The notes beneath the pieces were generated by a model. That model was given only the letters and a program-made list of their open reading frames with translations, was not told where the DNA came from and made no database searches. Position numbers and translations under genes: made by a program. A stretch of DNA of 63,694 bases, counting the filler, from Chrysochromulina tobinii (Eukaryota): the NCBI GenBank assembly GCA_001275005.1. It is 5 parts of 5 records of this genome, joined end to end, with 100 filler letters (N's around TTAATTAATTAA, not from the genome) between each part and the next. Parts side by side here need not be neighbours in the genome. Positions count along the whole stretch, not along the records: positions 29,013 to 42,084 come from JWZX01000322.1; positions 42,185 to 61,827 come from JWZX01000324.1; 3 more parts are not named here. One strand, given 5' to 3'. Positions 34,398 to 46,203 of this stretch are shown here, piece by piece (positions within the stretch are counted from its first letter, which is position 1; each line of letters starts with the position of its first letter).

Positions 34398-35113
34398 GCG
34401 TGGCGATCACCTACAGTAAGTGACATTGAGATTGAAGACGGAGATGAGCGATTAAGCATTAACAGTACAGAATTGTGGCAACGAGACCAAGAGCCAACAT
34501 CTTAGTTGCGCTGGAGCACGTGCAGTGTCGTCGTCGTGTTCAGTGTCAAAGAGTGTAGAAGCTCCCGAGTGCAAGAGAGACGATTTACATTGATTTACAG
34601 AAATAATCGAACCGTCGGGAGGCCATAATAGTTGCGCGAGTTGTTGCCGTGCGTGCTCGGTGAGCTGCGTCGCACGCACATATGGGTACGGTATGACACA
34701 AGCTGCGAGCGGTAGGGGGGTCATTCCCCCGGTGGGGGTCCGTTAACAGGCTTACAGAACCTACCTAGAGACCGGTAAGTGAGCTCCGTCAAGATACCGG
34801 CGGATCGCCTAAGGGAGATCGAGCCGATCCGAGAGATACCGGCGGGAGATCCGGCGAGGTACGGCAGGTACTTACCGGCTGGCTCCCCTCTACCCGAGGA
34901 GCCCAGTCGCACAAGCTCTCAGTCGCTCGCGGCCACGCCAAGATTGAGAAGGCCGGCGTATATACACTTACTCTTACATACTTAGGTCGCACACCGACGC
35001 GTCACGGGAATAACAAAGGCGAGGATCACACATGGTTTTCAAATACGGACATAGGGCAAGCTTGAGGGCAAGGGGGGGTTCCAGGCATAATGGCGTGGCG
35101 CAAAAGCCCTCTC

Positions 35114-36986
35114 TCAGTCCCCGACGCGTTTGGGCGATCCCGTCGCGGAGGAGTGTGTCGTGACAAGCGTCGTGCAGCTCATTGGGGTACCTGCGCCGTG
35201 TGGGGCGGGTGGCAACACCTGCACGCCGCGGGCACGCACCCGGCTCGATTGCACGCTGCTCGCCACAATGCTGCCGAGAAAGAGCAGGAGCAGCAGCACG
35301 GCAATGACGCCGGCGGTGATGCCACTCACAACCACGGCACTCGCGTCAGCCATCTCGATGGGCGGCAAGGGCGGCGGCGGCATGGGCGAGGGCGGCAAGG
35401 CGGGCGAGGGCGGAGGCCCCAGCGGCACAAAGGGCGGCGGCGGCGGTGGCGGGAAGTGGAGATAGGCCGCGCCGCTCCCCGCGACTGCCGGGGCGGTGGC
35501 ATCAGGCGTACCAACGGCGCCTCGATGGCTATGCTGCGGTGAACCAACGACGACGACGCCGCTGCTGCTGAGGGCGACACTCATGCCGAATCCATCGCCA
35601 GTGACGGAGTCATCACCCCACAGCAGGCGCGACGGCACGTCGAAGAGCGGCAACGGAGCGAGCAAGCAGCCTGCCGGGTCGATTACCGGTGGAGGGCCCT
35701 CGCAACCCTCGGCGGCCCAGTAGCGCGTGAGGCTTGCGCCTCCGGTTCCTGGCCCACGCAAGCTGAAGCGCGTCGTAGCGGCCACCACCGCGAGGCCACT
35801 CGATGAATCCACTGCGAGGGCGGCGCCAAAGCGGCCGTCGCCGTTGCCGAGGCCGAGAGCGTTGCCGGTCACGCGAGGCGGCCAGCGGGCGGTTGCCACG
35901 GAGTGCGGCTGCCAGGGGTACTGACTCCACTGCGCGCCCTCGTAGAAAGGGCCGAGCGCGTACACGGCGCCGATGGGTGGTCCGTTGGCGCTCAAGACGA
36001 ACCCCGGAGCGCCGGTCAGCAGCCAGTCGCCGCCGCCGTCGGAGCGGCGCTGCCACGCAAGGGCAGAGCCGAACTCGCTGCGGCTGGCGAGCTCCGTGCT
36101 CGGCGGCGTCAGCTTCGCCGTCTGATTCCATCCGAGGGTCTCAAAGATCCAGACCGCACCCCAGCGCACACCGGGCGCGCATGGCACACGCGCCTACGCG
36201 GAGAGGGGCGGGCGGGGGGACGAGTTAGGCTGAGGATGATAGACAGAGGGTGAAGGGTGAGAGGCTGAGGGTGAGAGGCTGAGGGTGATAGGGCTAGGGT
36301 GCGCACGGCACACGCGCCTTCGGGGAGCCCACTGCCAGTTGACCACGGCGTGTGCTCAGCGCGAGCGAGGCGCCAAATCCGTAGCAGCCGATGGCGAGCT
36401 CTCCGCTCGTTGGGTTCACGGGCGAGAGCTTCTTCAACAGCGCGCCGCTCACGAGGTGAAAGACGTACACGTAGCCATTGTCTTCCGGCGTCGGAACCCC
36501 GGCGGGGTAAAAGTCCGTTCCGCTCTCGCCGATGATCATGCGATTGCCGGCGATGGCCACGCTCGCACCAAAGTGGACGCCGTTTCTGGGCGAGTTCGAG
36601 AGAATGCGGCGTGGAATGCCCACACGGCGAGCACCAGTGGCGTCGAGGGACAGCGGCCACAAGAAGGCGGAACCATATCGCTGTGCCGGGAGGAGCGGAT
36701 CGGTGGCATGACTCGGAGCGCCCACCAACAGGTGCGTCTCGGTGACGAAAACTGAGGCTCCAAATTCAGCGCCCGCGGAGCCACCATCGGCGGCTCTGAC
36801 CACCTCGAGCACCTCAAAGGGTGGTGGTGCAGTCAGCGAACGCACCCGGATGGAGTAGACGGCACCTGCGCCCGAGTCCCCACATGCACCAATGACGAGG
36901 TGGTCTCCGAGCAGCGCGGTGGAACAGCCGAAGGCGTCGCCGGCAGAGAGCTGCAGCGCGATCTCCAAGGCCGCGGCGCCGGCCAT
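35114..36986 (-). CDS. FG-GAP (integrin-alpha-like propeller) single-pass membrane protein; exons 36986-36318 and 36193-35114 with a GC-AG intron
   Basis: Repeated FG.S(V/L)A....L.VGAP units, Pro-rich stalk, TM GVIAVLLLLLFLGSIV; splice is in frame. Confidence 0.8.
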
Positions 36987-37751
36987 GATGTGCTCGCGAG
37001 GCTCTGCGTGACGGGTTTTGTAGATGAAGTGTCGGTTGAGGTCGACTGTTGAGGTATGGATATGGGAACACTGGCGACGGAGGTTTGCTCAATCTTCGCA
37101 TGATTGCATGCATCCATCCGCAACCAAAACTCAAAGTTGTAAGTGTTCAGTCTCCTGTGGGCACACCGAATGCTGGAAAGCTTGGCTACCCTCCCGACAC
37201 CTCGGACCCCCATTTTCCGTACAATTTAAAGGGGAAACTTGTCGGGAGTGGTCTACATGTATTACAATTGTACATGTATCTCCCCGTCTCAAGGAGGCGA
37301 TGCATGTCCACGGCCCGCCCCCGGAATATTCCGGGGGCTTGCTTGCTTGCTTGCTTCGCGCCGCTCTTGGCGCCGCGCACCCGCACAGCTGGTCACTGCC
37401 GCAGGTGGAGGAATTACAAGGGAGGAGAAGAAGAGATGTATGCCCAGACCGCTAACGCTCACCGAGAACTTGCTTTCTTTCTTGACGTGCTGCGTCCCGT
37501 TTCCATCATGACAGGACGAAAGTTGATTAGTCGTAACAAACAGAAGTTAAAGAAGTACCTAAACGAGCGCAATCGAATACCCCTGTAACCAGCAGAGTAG
37601 GAAAGGGTGGGCGGAGAGGTTGCTTGCTTGTCAGGACGGAAGTTGACTCCCTCACCCAACGTGTAGATGGCTTAGTTTTTTCACATTTTTTTTTCACGTG
37701 CGCACTGCTTGCATGCGCGTGAAAGCGAGCTCTCTCCACGCGACCTCGCCG

Positions 37752-38720
37752 ATGCCATCCGCAGCATCCGCAGCCACCGCCGAGGCGACGGCCACCGAGG
37801 TGCAGTCGCTTGCGGTCATCCGCAACCTCCTCCGGCTCGTCATCTCGCAGATTCTGTACGCGCGCGGCTGCCTTCCCGAGTCCGACTTCGAGACGAAAGA
37901 CGTGGAGGGCATGCGCGTGGGATCACTTGGCGGCCCGGAGATATCGAAGACGGCAGAGACCTTGATCGAGTGGATCGAGCAGGGCATCTTCTCCGCGCTC
38001 TCCAAACACTTCCTAGAGAAGGCCGTGCTCTGCTTCTCGGAGGACGAGGCGGGCAAGCACGTGCTCGAGGCGTGGGAGCTCTCGATCGCTTGGGAGGTCG
38101 ATGAGCAGGGCATCGAGAAGCCGACCATCACCTTCGGCCCGGACAAGCGCCGAGCGGCCGCGCTCACCTGCGTACTCGAGCCGCAGGCCAAGGTCACCAA
38201 GGCGCGTGTGCGGCAGATGTCCTCGCTCATGCTGCGGGAGATCTCGCTCATGCTTTGCACGCTGCCGGCGCTACCCTCAAAGCACTTTGTGTTCATGCGC
38301 CTTCTCTACTGCGACGGCCCGACGCCGGTCGATTACGAGCCTAGCGGCTTCGAGAGCGCGGCGGCTGACGACCGTGCGTCCCTCTGCTTCCTCACGAAGC
38401 CGATGCAGCTCACCGTCGCCCAGCCCGTTGCCACCGGGCACCACTCGTACCGCATGGTGAGCTCGTTCTTGCAGGCGCCGAGCGGTCTCAAACGCAAGGT
38501 CCTCGCCGGCCCGCGCGAGCAGCAGAGCTGGCAGCTCGACCTCGGCGACGTCGTCGAGGGCGAGCTCGGCGCTCACGCCGACGAGCTCGACGATCCAACG
38601 ATGATCGAGTACGTCGCATGCGCGCGCCGCCTGGTGGAGGAGGAGGAGGAGGGCGCGCCCTTCACCTCTGTCTTCTGCTCTCTCCTCTCTGACTCCGCGC
38701 GCGCACGTGTGATGTGCTGA
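37752..38720 (+). CDS. HOP1: Meiotic HORMA-domain protein (Hop1/ASY1/HORMAD-like); may continue in downstream exons near 39030-39300
   Basis: QSL..IRNLL...ISQILY.RG.LPE.DF, LIEWIEQGIF.AL.K.FL, LP.LP....MRLLY, TP.DYEP.GF. Confidence 0.8.
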   Translation: MPSAASAATAEATATEVQSLAVIRNLLRLVISQILYARGCLPESDFETKDVEGMRVGSLGGPEISKTAETLIEWIEQGIFSALSKHFLEKAVLCFSEDEAGKHVLEAWELSIAWEVDEQGIEKPTITFGPDKRRAAALTCVLEPQAKVTKARVRQMSSLMLREISLMLCTLPALPSKHFVFMRLLYCDGPTPVDYEPSGFESAAADDRASLCFLTKPMQLTVAQPVATGHHSYRMVSSFLQAPSGLKRKVLAGPREQQSWQLDLGDVVEGELGAHADELDDPTMIEYVACARRLVEEEEEGAPFTSVFCSLLSDSARARVMC

Positions 38721-39142
38721 GGCGGTTGCGGAGAGCAGCATGTGTGCGCGCGTCGGGCTCATGTGGCCTGGCCGGGAGGATGCGCGCAGCGGTGCGCTTG
38801 TGTGCGCTGCGCGCCGGGCGCGGGGCCGGAATGCAGACGGTGCGTGGCTTCTGGCTACGAGGCCCGGGTGTGTGTGTGTGGAACCTCGACTTGGTGGAGA
38901 CACTCTCACGTTACACTTACTAAAGTCTAAACAAAACAGGTGTGCACCCGTAAGCTGAAAGCTCAGTCAGTAAAGGTGCGCGCGCGGTGCACCTGCAGCC
39001 GGGCCTGAGCGTGGCTGGTATAGCGTAGCTACTCCAATGCGTATCCTTGGCGCCCACGCGAGCGCTCCCAAACTACTCCCAAACTCGGACACAATGGAAG
39101 ACCCCGTCCTCGAGCAATCTCAAATCGCACAGGATGCCGACC

Positions 39143-39964
39143 TCAAGCTGCTCGGTCAGGTTGGCCTCGGAGAGGGGTGGTTTCGCCTCTCGCCCTTGAT
39201 AGTTCACGCTCAGGTCGAGCACCTTCGACCAAGGCGCCGAGGCGCCGTGCTGGGCGCCGCCCACGCCACTGGCCGCGCCGTGGTGGGCACCGCGAACACG
39301 ACGCACCGCCGCCGCCCAACACGACGCCGGCGGATCGCTCGCGCACGAGCGCGAGGAGCTCGCGCGTCGCGGTCGCTTCGTCGAGCAACGCCGCGAGATT
39401 CTCGACCTAGACGGCGCTCAGCTGGTGAGCCGGCACGCGGCGGAGCAGCCAGCTAAGGAACGCGGCACCGTCCTGGGCGGGGATGTTTTCGAAGACGCCG
39501 CTGTTGCTGACGGTGAGAGGAGAAGGATGGCGGCGGCGGCGGTATGGCGAGTGATGCTGCATCTGCGCGCGTTGGTTTGGCACCGAGCTCCGTCGACGGC
39601 GAGTCACTCTGTCGAGGAGCGGAGGAGAGCCGGCGAGCCAGCGTTGCTTCGTACGAAGAAGACGGGATGGCGAAAGGATGGCCGCGCGAGCGTTGCTGCA
39701 GGCGTCGGGCCCACTGCGATGTGGTGGCTGCGATGATGTGGTGGCTGCGATGGCAGCACCGGCAGCACCGGAGCTCGTGCTTCGGCCGGTGCTGGAGGTG
39801 CATTCAGCGCATTGGCGCGCGAGGCGCGGCTCATAGGAGACAGGCTCAGCTCCGATGTACTTGGACAGGCACCCGCGATATAAGGGCGCTCCGTTGTCTG
39901 CGTTGCGCATTCGGCGCACGACGTTGCTGAGCGGCGGCGGGCGGCGACGGATGTCGAGTGCCAT
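39143..39964 (-). pseudogene. Degraded coding sequence of unknown family
   Basis: Protein-like FENIPAQDGAAFLSWLLRRVPAHQLSAV*VENLAALLDEA reads through an in-frame TAG at 39407-39409. Confidence 0.35.
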
Positions 39965-41063
39965 GACCGCCGGGTTGTGCGAGGGCTTGATGCGCACGGG
40001 ACGGGGGAGATGAAAGTTTTACGGGATCGCAAAGCAGACATAGGAATATCGGTCAACCCAAACAGGGAACCTGTCCTCTCATATTTCGCTAATGAGGAGG
40101 CTCTTGGTTTTGAACTTGTAAGTGGCGCGGTCTCCAAACACACGGGCCTTCGAAAACGTCGTTCTGGGCGATGCATGCAAAGCTTTGTTCCTGTGGGAGT
40201 CCGTGTCGTGACTTTTTTGAAGTCCAGTTCCGTTCGTGATGTCACGTCAAAGTGTGCACGTCTATAGCGGACCCTCATCACTCCGAGGTCGCACACACAA
40301 TCGAAGCGAGCCGTCTTGGGCGCCAGGATGAGGGGGTCCGACAAAACTTCTTAGAGTACTTAAAGGCATTTTCGTGCGCAAACCCGATAGCAACGCCTCA
40401 AGTGCCTTTGCGGCCGCCCTAGCCTCCTCCCTGGCCTCAGCTGGAGACAGCATGTGCTCCGCCTCGCTGTTCCGACCGTCATCACAGCCACACGGCACGA
40501 CAAGCGACAAATTAAGCCACCGTCATCACAGCCACCACATGGCATGTCTGCGGTGATCCAGTCGGTGATCGGACCTGAAACACTTGCGTTATGAACTCAT
40601 ACGTAATATAAAACGCTAAGCTTGAATCAAAAATCATTAATCATCAAACACGCAGCCCCTACCCCGCTACGCGCCGTCCCCAACTCCACGCACCTCCTAC
40701 GTGTACTTACATGGGGTCCGATAGCAACACACAATGGCATTTACATGGCACTCAGCTGGCACTCAGGCTGTCCCTATACCTTACCTTCATGATGTACTTT
40801 ACGTGTCTCGCTTCATGTCTCGAGAGCACCCGTCCGAGGCCGAGACCACATGGCGCTCGTCCGCCCATGAACAAGTCACGCCCAACAAGTCACGCCCAAC
40901 GGTCACGCCCAACGGTCGCCACCGCTAGAACCGGTCATGCGCTATGCCTTCTGGGTGCCTCTGGGTGCCCCACCCAAACAACACCCAAACCCCACCCACG
41001 GCGTGTGGGCTGTCACTCAGCAGCCCCACGGCGTGTGGGCGTCACTCAGCAGCGGAATCCTCG

Positions 41064-42084
41064 TCACTCAGCAGCGGAATCCTCGTCCTCAGTGCAGCAG
41101 CTGACGACCACCCGTACTCGGTTGTTGACCGAGTGGGGGAGGCCGCCAGAAGCTGCAGCTGGGATGGCGGCAGCAGCTGGGGTGGCGGCAGCCGAGTGGG
41201 GGAGGCCGCCAGACGCTGCAGCTGGGGTGGCGGCAGCGGTGGCAGTGGTGGTGGCACGGGCAATGGCAGCGGCGGCGGCAGCGGCAGCAGCGGTGGCAGC
41301 AGGAGCAGCAGCACGGGCAGCTGCTGCGAGGCCAGCTGCGGAAGGCGGCACGCTTCGCGGCTCATCGCCCATCATCTCCCAGAAGCCTTCTTCCCACTGC
41401 AGTAGACGCGAGCTGCTCCTTGGTGTCAGGCTCACGCCAGCCTCTTGCGCCAGTTGCGCTGCCTTTGCCGGGCTTGGCACGATGCCGAGGTTGATTGCCA
41501 GTCTCTTGCCGCTGCTAGTCCATGGCATCGGCCACGATGAACTCGATGAAGCAGCGGGTTCTTCAGGCACGCTCTGAAGAACCCGCTGCTTCAAGAGACG
41601 ACTGCGAGCGAGAGCGAGAGTGTGTGAGTGAGTGAGCAAGTGAGTGTGAGCGAGTGAGAGCATTCGAGCGCGTGCACCTAGGACCTCCAACCCCCTCGAC
41701 CGGCTTGCGGATAAAGGAATCCACGTTCTGCGCGAATTCACGCACGTGGCCATCGCGGCCGACATGGATAGACACCCCGATGACGACGTGGCCTGAACTT
41801 GTCAGGTGCGACATAGTACCCAGCAGCTTGTCCTTCTTCACGACGTTTTTGTACACAGCCTCCCATTCGATCGATCGCCCACCCCTGTCGAACTCGTTCA
41901 GCCAGTATGGAAATCTTGATGGCTGGGCAGCCAATCTGCGTGCATGAGACGCATGTGAGCGGGGAATGGGCTGGGGCACAGGTGCAGGGATAGGACGGGA
42001 TAGCATCGGTACCCAATGACAACGAGCTGTAGCGATGGGTTCCGTGCGAGGGCTGCTCTGCAGTCATCAAGGCACTTTCGAACG
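41064..42084 (-). CDS. Partial spliced gene of unknown function in a repeat-rich segment (possibly transposon-borne)
   Basis: Exon-like FPYWLNEFDRGG..RKPVEGVGGP, CTCA-repeat intron near 41600-41680, Ala-rich tandem duplications; runs off contig. Confidence 0.4.
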
Positions 42085-42184
42085 NNNNNNNNNNNNNNNN
42101 NNNNNNNNNNNNNNNNNNNNNNNNNNNNTTAATTAATTAANNNNNNNNNNNNNNNNNNNNNNNNNNNNNNNNNNNNNNNNNNNN
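42085..42184. other. Artificial contig spacer
   Basis: N-TTAATTAATTAA-N. Confidence 0.99.
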
Positions 42185-42442
42185 TATCATAGGTAGCATG
42201 CGCAGCGCACGCTGGGCGCGGGCGCAATGGCGAGCGCGCTGGCGCGCGCCAAACAGCCTGGGTGTAATGCCTCAGGTATTTTGAAGGTACATTTATTTTA
42301 CATGTACATAGTCCAGTCTTCCCCCTCTTTCTCCCCTCTTTTTCAATTTTTTTATTTTCGTTCCACCAGCACCGGAAAAAAGCCTCCAAACCTTATCGAC
42401 ACCCCGGGAGGTCAAACAAGTCGCGACTTGTGGAGCCAGGCG

Positions 42443-43534
42443 ATGTTTGACAACCTCGTCGCCCATGCTCTTGTGGTGTACATCTTCACAAGTCTCACGA
42501 TCCCTTTTTGGGTCCCGATTGTGGAGCGATTCACAGGCCGCTGCGGCATCTATTGGGTCTTCTCGGTGCTCACGTACTATGCGTACCTAGCATGGGCCAT
42601 CTTCACCATGCTGCTCCTCACTCTGATCAACCGGTGGCCCATAGCGGGTGCAATCTGGCTTGGCATTTTCGCTCTGCGAGTTGTGCAGTTTGCGCGGCTG
42701 TGTGCCCGCGAACTTGATGGAATCGCAACATCTTCGAAACCATACACCGATGTGGAAATTGTCGTACCAGTGTCCACGCCAGCGTCATCCATCACAGATA
42801 CATGTTTGCCCTCTCTCACAGCATTTTCGGCTTGTAGACCGCAGGCGGACGCGCTCATCCGTGAAGCCTTACGAGCTGGCAGCAAGGGCGGCGTTACGAG
42901 CAGCTGCAGCGGCAATAGTGCATGCCGCCCTGCTGGTGCCAGCCTTGGCAGCGTGGTGCTGGTTGGGAACGGGCCTTCCATACGTGAACGTGGGTTGGGC
43001 AGCATCATCGATGGCTTCGACACTGTAGTGCGCTTCAACTCGTTTGTGACCAAGGGTCTCGAAGAGCATACCGGCTCGAAAACGACGCTGTGGTGCCACA
43101 TGATGCAGTGGTACCACGTCTCAACTGTCGAGGTTGCACAAAAGGCGGCCTGGCTACCCACGTGCTACGCATGGAACCACGTGGTTCTGGCACCGCTCAT
43201 CTTTGTGCCCGAATATCTGATGCCCATGTTGCCGCCGCGAGGCGCAATCACATGGAGTCCCGCCACCTACTGGCGTGCGCACCGCACGCTCGGGCTGCGA
43301 CTGCATCAAGTGCCCACGACGGGCTTTGTCATGCTCATGCGACTTCTCGAGAGTGTTCATCAGGTGTTCATCGTGGGATTCGACGGCTTCTCGAGTGGCA
43401 AGGAACTTCACTACTACAAGGAGAAGAATCTGCAGGTGCGTGTGAATGCTGCAGGTGCGCTGCTCCACGACTGGGTCAAGGAGCAGACCGCTATCCGCCG
43501 GCTGATTGACGAGAGTCGGATCGTGCTACTATGA
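42443..43534 (+). CDS. Glycosyltransferase family 29 (sialyltransferase-like) protein
   Basis: Sialylmotif L (VLVGNG.....GLG..IDGFDTVVRFN........TGSKT), S (PTTGF..........V.IVGF), III (HYY), VS (HDWVKE). Confidence 0.85.
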   Translation: MFDNLVAHALVVYIFTSLTIPFWVPIVERFTGRCGIYWVFSVLTYYAYLAWAIFTMLLLTLINRWPIAGAIWLGIFALRVVQFARLCARELDGIATSSKPYTDVEIVVPVSTPASSITDTCLPSLTAFSACRPQADALIREALRAGSKGGVTSSCSGNSACRPAGASLGSVVLVGNGPSIRERGLGSIIDGFDTVVRFNSFVTKGLEEHTGSKTTLWCHMMQWYHVSTVEVAQKAAWLPTCYAWNHVVLAPLIFVPEYLMPMLPPRGAITWSPATYWRAHRTLGLRLHQVPTTGFVMLMRLLESVHQVFIVGFDGFSSGKELHYYKEKNLQVRVNAAGALLHDWVKEQTAIRRLIDESRIVLL

Positions 43535-44522
43535 CGGCGTTCTCGAAAGTAACTTTTAAGGCCCAGCCAAGATGGGCAAGCCTTCGGGCGCTGGAGCGCC
43601 TCCTGCGCCCCGTCCTGGGATCGAAAGCCCTAAGAGTGCCAGTAGCGCAGAACGGGCGAGAGAAGAGAGAGAATTTGAAGGTCGTAGAGGTTACGCAATG
43701 GGACACTCAGAAATTGGATAGCCAGTAGATGACATACTGTTATGCGTTATAGTCTCCACTGAGACGTGTACTGATCTCCACTGAGACGTGTACTGATCTC
43801 CACAGAGAGCTCCACTGAAAGCTTGAAGAGCCAGTAGTTGACATGCTGTTGTACTAAGACGTACTGGTTTCACTGTTAGTATGCTCCACTGAGCTGTGCA
43901 CTGGCGCCACTGCGCACACGCACAAAGACAAGGACCACCATCGAGGTCGCTGTCGTCCAGTCACGGAGCAGAGTCAGGGACTGGCTCTGCCCGGATACTT
44001 GCCCGGAAAGGCAACTGGACAACCTCGACCATATGATGATCGGTTACAGACACCCACCACTATTCACACATGAACACGGTTGTGTCACCTCCATTGCAGT
44101 TCCAGTTGGGACAAAACGCACGATACCGCGCAATCGGGAGGACGAGGAGTACCCCCCGCGGCCGCCTCGGACTATTACCGTATACGGCGCTAAAAATTCG
44201 AATATTGTAGTATCGCGTGAAAAGTACAACAAGTACGCGACAGCATCGTGCGACGAGCATCAGGAACATGTACGATACTCGGCGGCAGTGCCGGGAAGGC
44301 GGAAAAGTGCCAGAGAGGTGTCGCGTGACACCACAACGATCGGCGGTTTCATGGCAGATGCTGGGTGATCCCAGAGGTCCAATCTGTGTAATGAGCCATG
44401 CTGCTAGTATGTGATACAATATGAGAGGGCGAGAGGCGCCTCGCGCCTCCGCGGCGAGGTGTCACGCGGCCCTGATCGCCCAGCATGTGCTCACGGGCCC
44501 CGTGTGGTGCTCGCCTTTATAG

Positions 44523-45958
44523 TCACCGCATTAAGCCTCGCGCCTCGAGTAGGTCACTCAGCCCGCGACGGCCGCGCAGCTTGCGGAGAGCGCGCACTTC
44601 GGTCCGCGTGACGTACTCGATGGGCTGCTGTAGCTCGGCGGCGACCTCAGCGTGGCTTCGTCGCTCGCCGTCCCATCGGTCCAATCCGAAACAGCGCGCG
44701 AGCACTGGCAGAGGGGCAACAGGAACAGAGGGGCGAGTGAGCAGAAGGCAAGCGGGGGAGGAGAGTGGCGACGGAAGACCTCGGAGGAGCAGAGGGCAGG
44801 GGTGATGTGCAGGCCACGCCGGGTGCGTCGAGCCTCGTGGCAGCCCCGGGGCAGCGGCCGGTCGTGCCTTGGGGGCAGTTCGAGCTTCGGTGGCAACTGA
44901 CCATCTTGCTCCTCGGCTGACAGGAAGAGGCCGAGGGTCTCGGAGAGCGCCTGGCGCTGCAGAGAGGTCTCGAGCTGATGCATCGGCTCCTCATGATCAT
45001 CGTCGGGCACAAAGTCCAGCAGGCTGCGCGTGTCGCCTCCCGCGAGGTTCGCCGAATGGGTCGCATCCAGCGAGAGCAGCGGTTTTGAGGAGTCGAGCAC
45101 GAGACGCAATCTCGACTGCGAGACGCCTAGCAGGGCTGCGAGCTCGCGATCGTTGGGCTCGCGCGCGTGCTGGAGCGTGAACGTGTCGCGCATGCGCGAC
45201 GCCTCAGCGATCAGCGCGGGCAGCCGCGCGGGCAGCCGGATAGCACTCCCCCTACCCACGGCCCGGCTCACATGCAGCTTGATCCACCACGCGGCATACG
45301 AGGCGAACTTGGCGCGTGAGGGGTCGTCACCGCGGTAGCGCTCGACGGCATGGATGAGGCCTAACGTCCCCTCCTGGATCAGGTCCTGCAGCGCGACGCC
45401 ACGGTTGGAGAACTGCTTCGCGATCGTAACGACCAGACGCAGATTGGCCTCGATCATGCGCTCCTTAGCTGCCTCCATGAGGCGCAGCTGCCCCTCGAAG
45501 CACGTGCCCAGCCCGGCGGCTAGCGCGACCGATACCCCATTTTCGTGGAGCTCCTTCTGCTTGCTCAATTGCTCCACCGCTGCCTTCGCCGCCGCTGCCG
45601 CATTGAAGCCCACCGCGTCTGACCACTCTGAGCGCGTCGGCTCACGCTGCAACTCCTCGACTAGCTGTTCGCGGACCGCTTGCCAGCGCTGGAGCTCCTG
45701 CACATCAAGCGAGAGCACACGTTCCTCGTGCACCGTCAGCCGCTTCGAGCGCCCTAAGATCTTAAGGTACCTCTGCAACGAGGAGTCGTAGTCAGACTTG
45801 GGCATCGGGCGGAAGCCCTTAAACGTCTTCTGTGCGGAGCCCCACTGGGCCTTGCGCGCCAGCGCCGAAATGAGCGCACCCACAGCGCGAGGCGGTGAGC
45901 ATAGGAGCAGCAGCGAAGCCCAGAAGCAGGCTCGTCGCAATACTGAGCACCTCGCCAT
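44523..45958 (-). CDS. Nucleus-encoded plastid sigma-70 factor; exons 45958-44902 and 44704-44523
   Basis: SLQRYL..LG, ANLRLVVTIAK, DLIQEG.LGL..AVERY, KFASYAAWWIK; intron 44705-44901 joins region 4 (..EVRALRKLR); N-terminal signal peptide. Confidence 0.93.
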
Positions 45959-46203
45959 GCTTGAGTGCCCCAACCCCTCTTGTTTAGACCGAGAGCGTAG
46001 GAGAAGGGCATCTCTCGTGATCTCGGAGGGAAAATCAAAGTCCTAGAACCCCACTAAAAGGTTTCTCTCTGCGTGCCAAGCTGCTGGAGCACTCTCGTTA
46101 CACACACATGCACGTTCTGTACGTTCGGACTATTTTCGTTATTCTCCGTTCGCCGAAATCACGCCGAATTCATCGACGCCGGGGCGCCGGGGCGCCGGGG
46201 CCG

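Noticed and set aside
39977..40560. Decayed nuclease or transposase in a lower-GC block
   Set aside because: No RuvC, DDE or RT motif recognisable in the frames I read
44523..45958. Bacterial contamination or recent transfer of sigma-70
   Set aside because: Has a spliceosomal intron and targeting peptide; normal for algae
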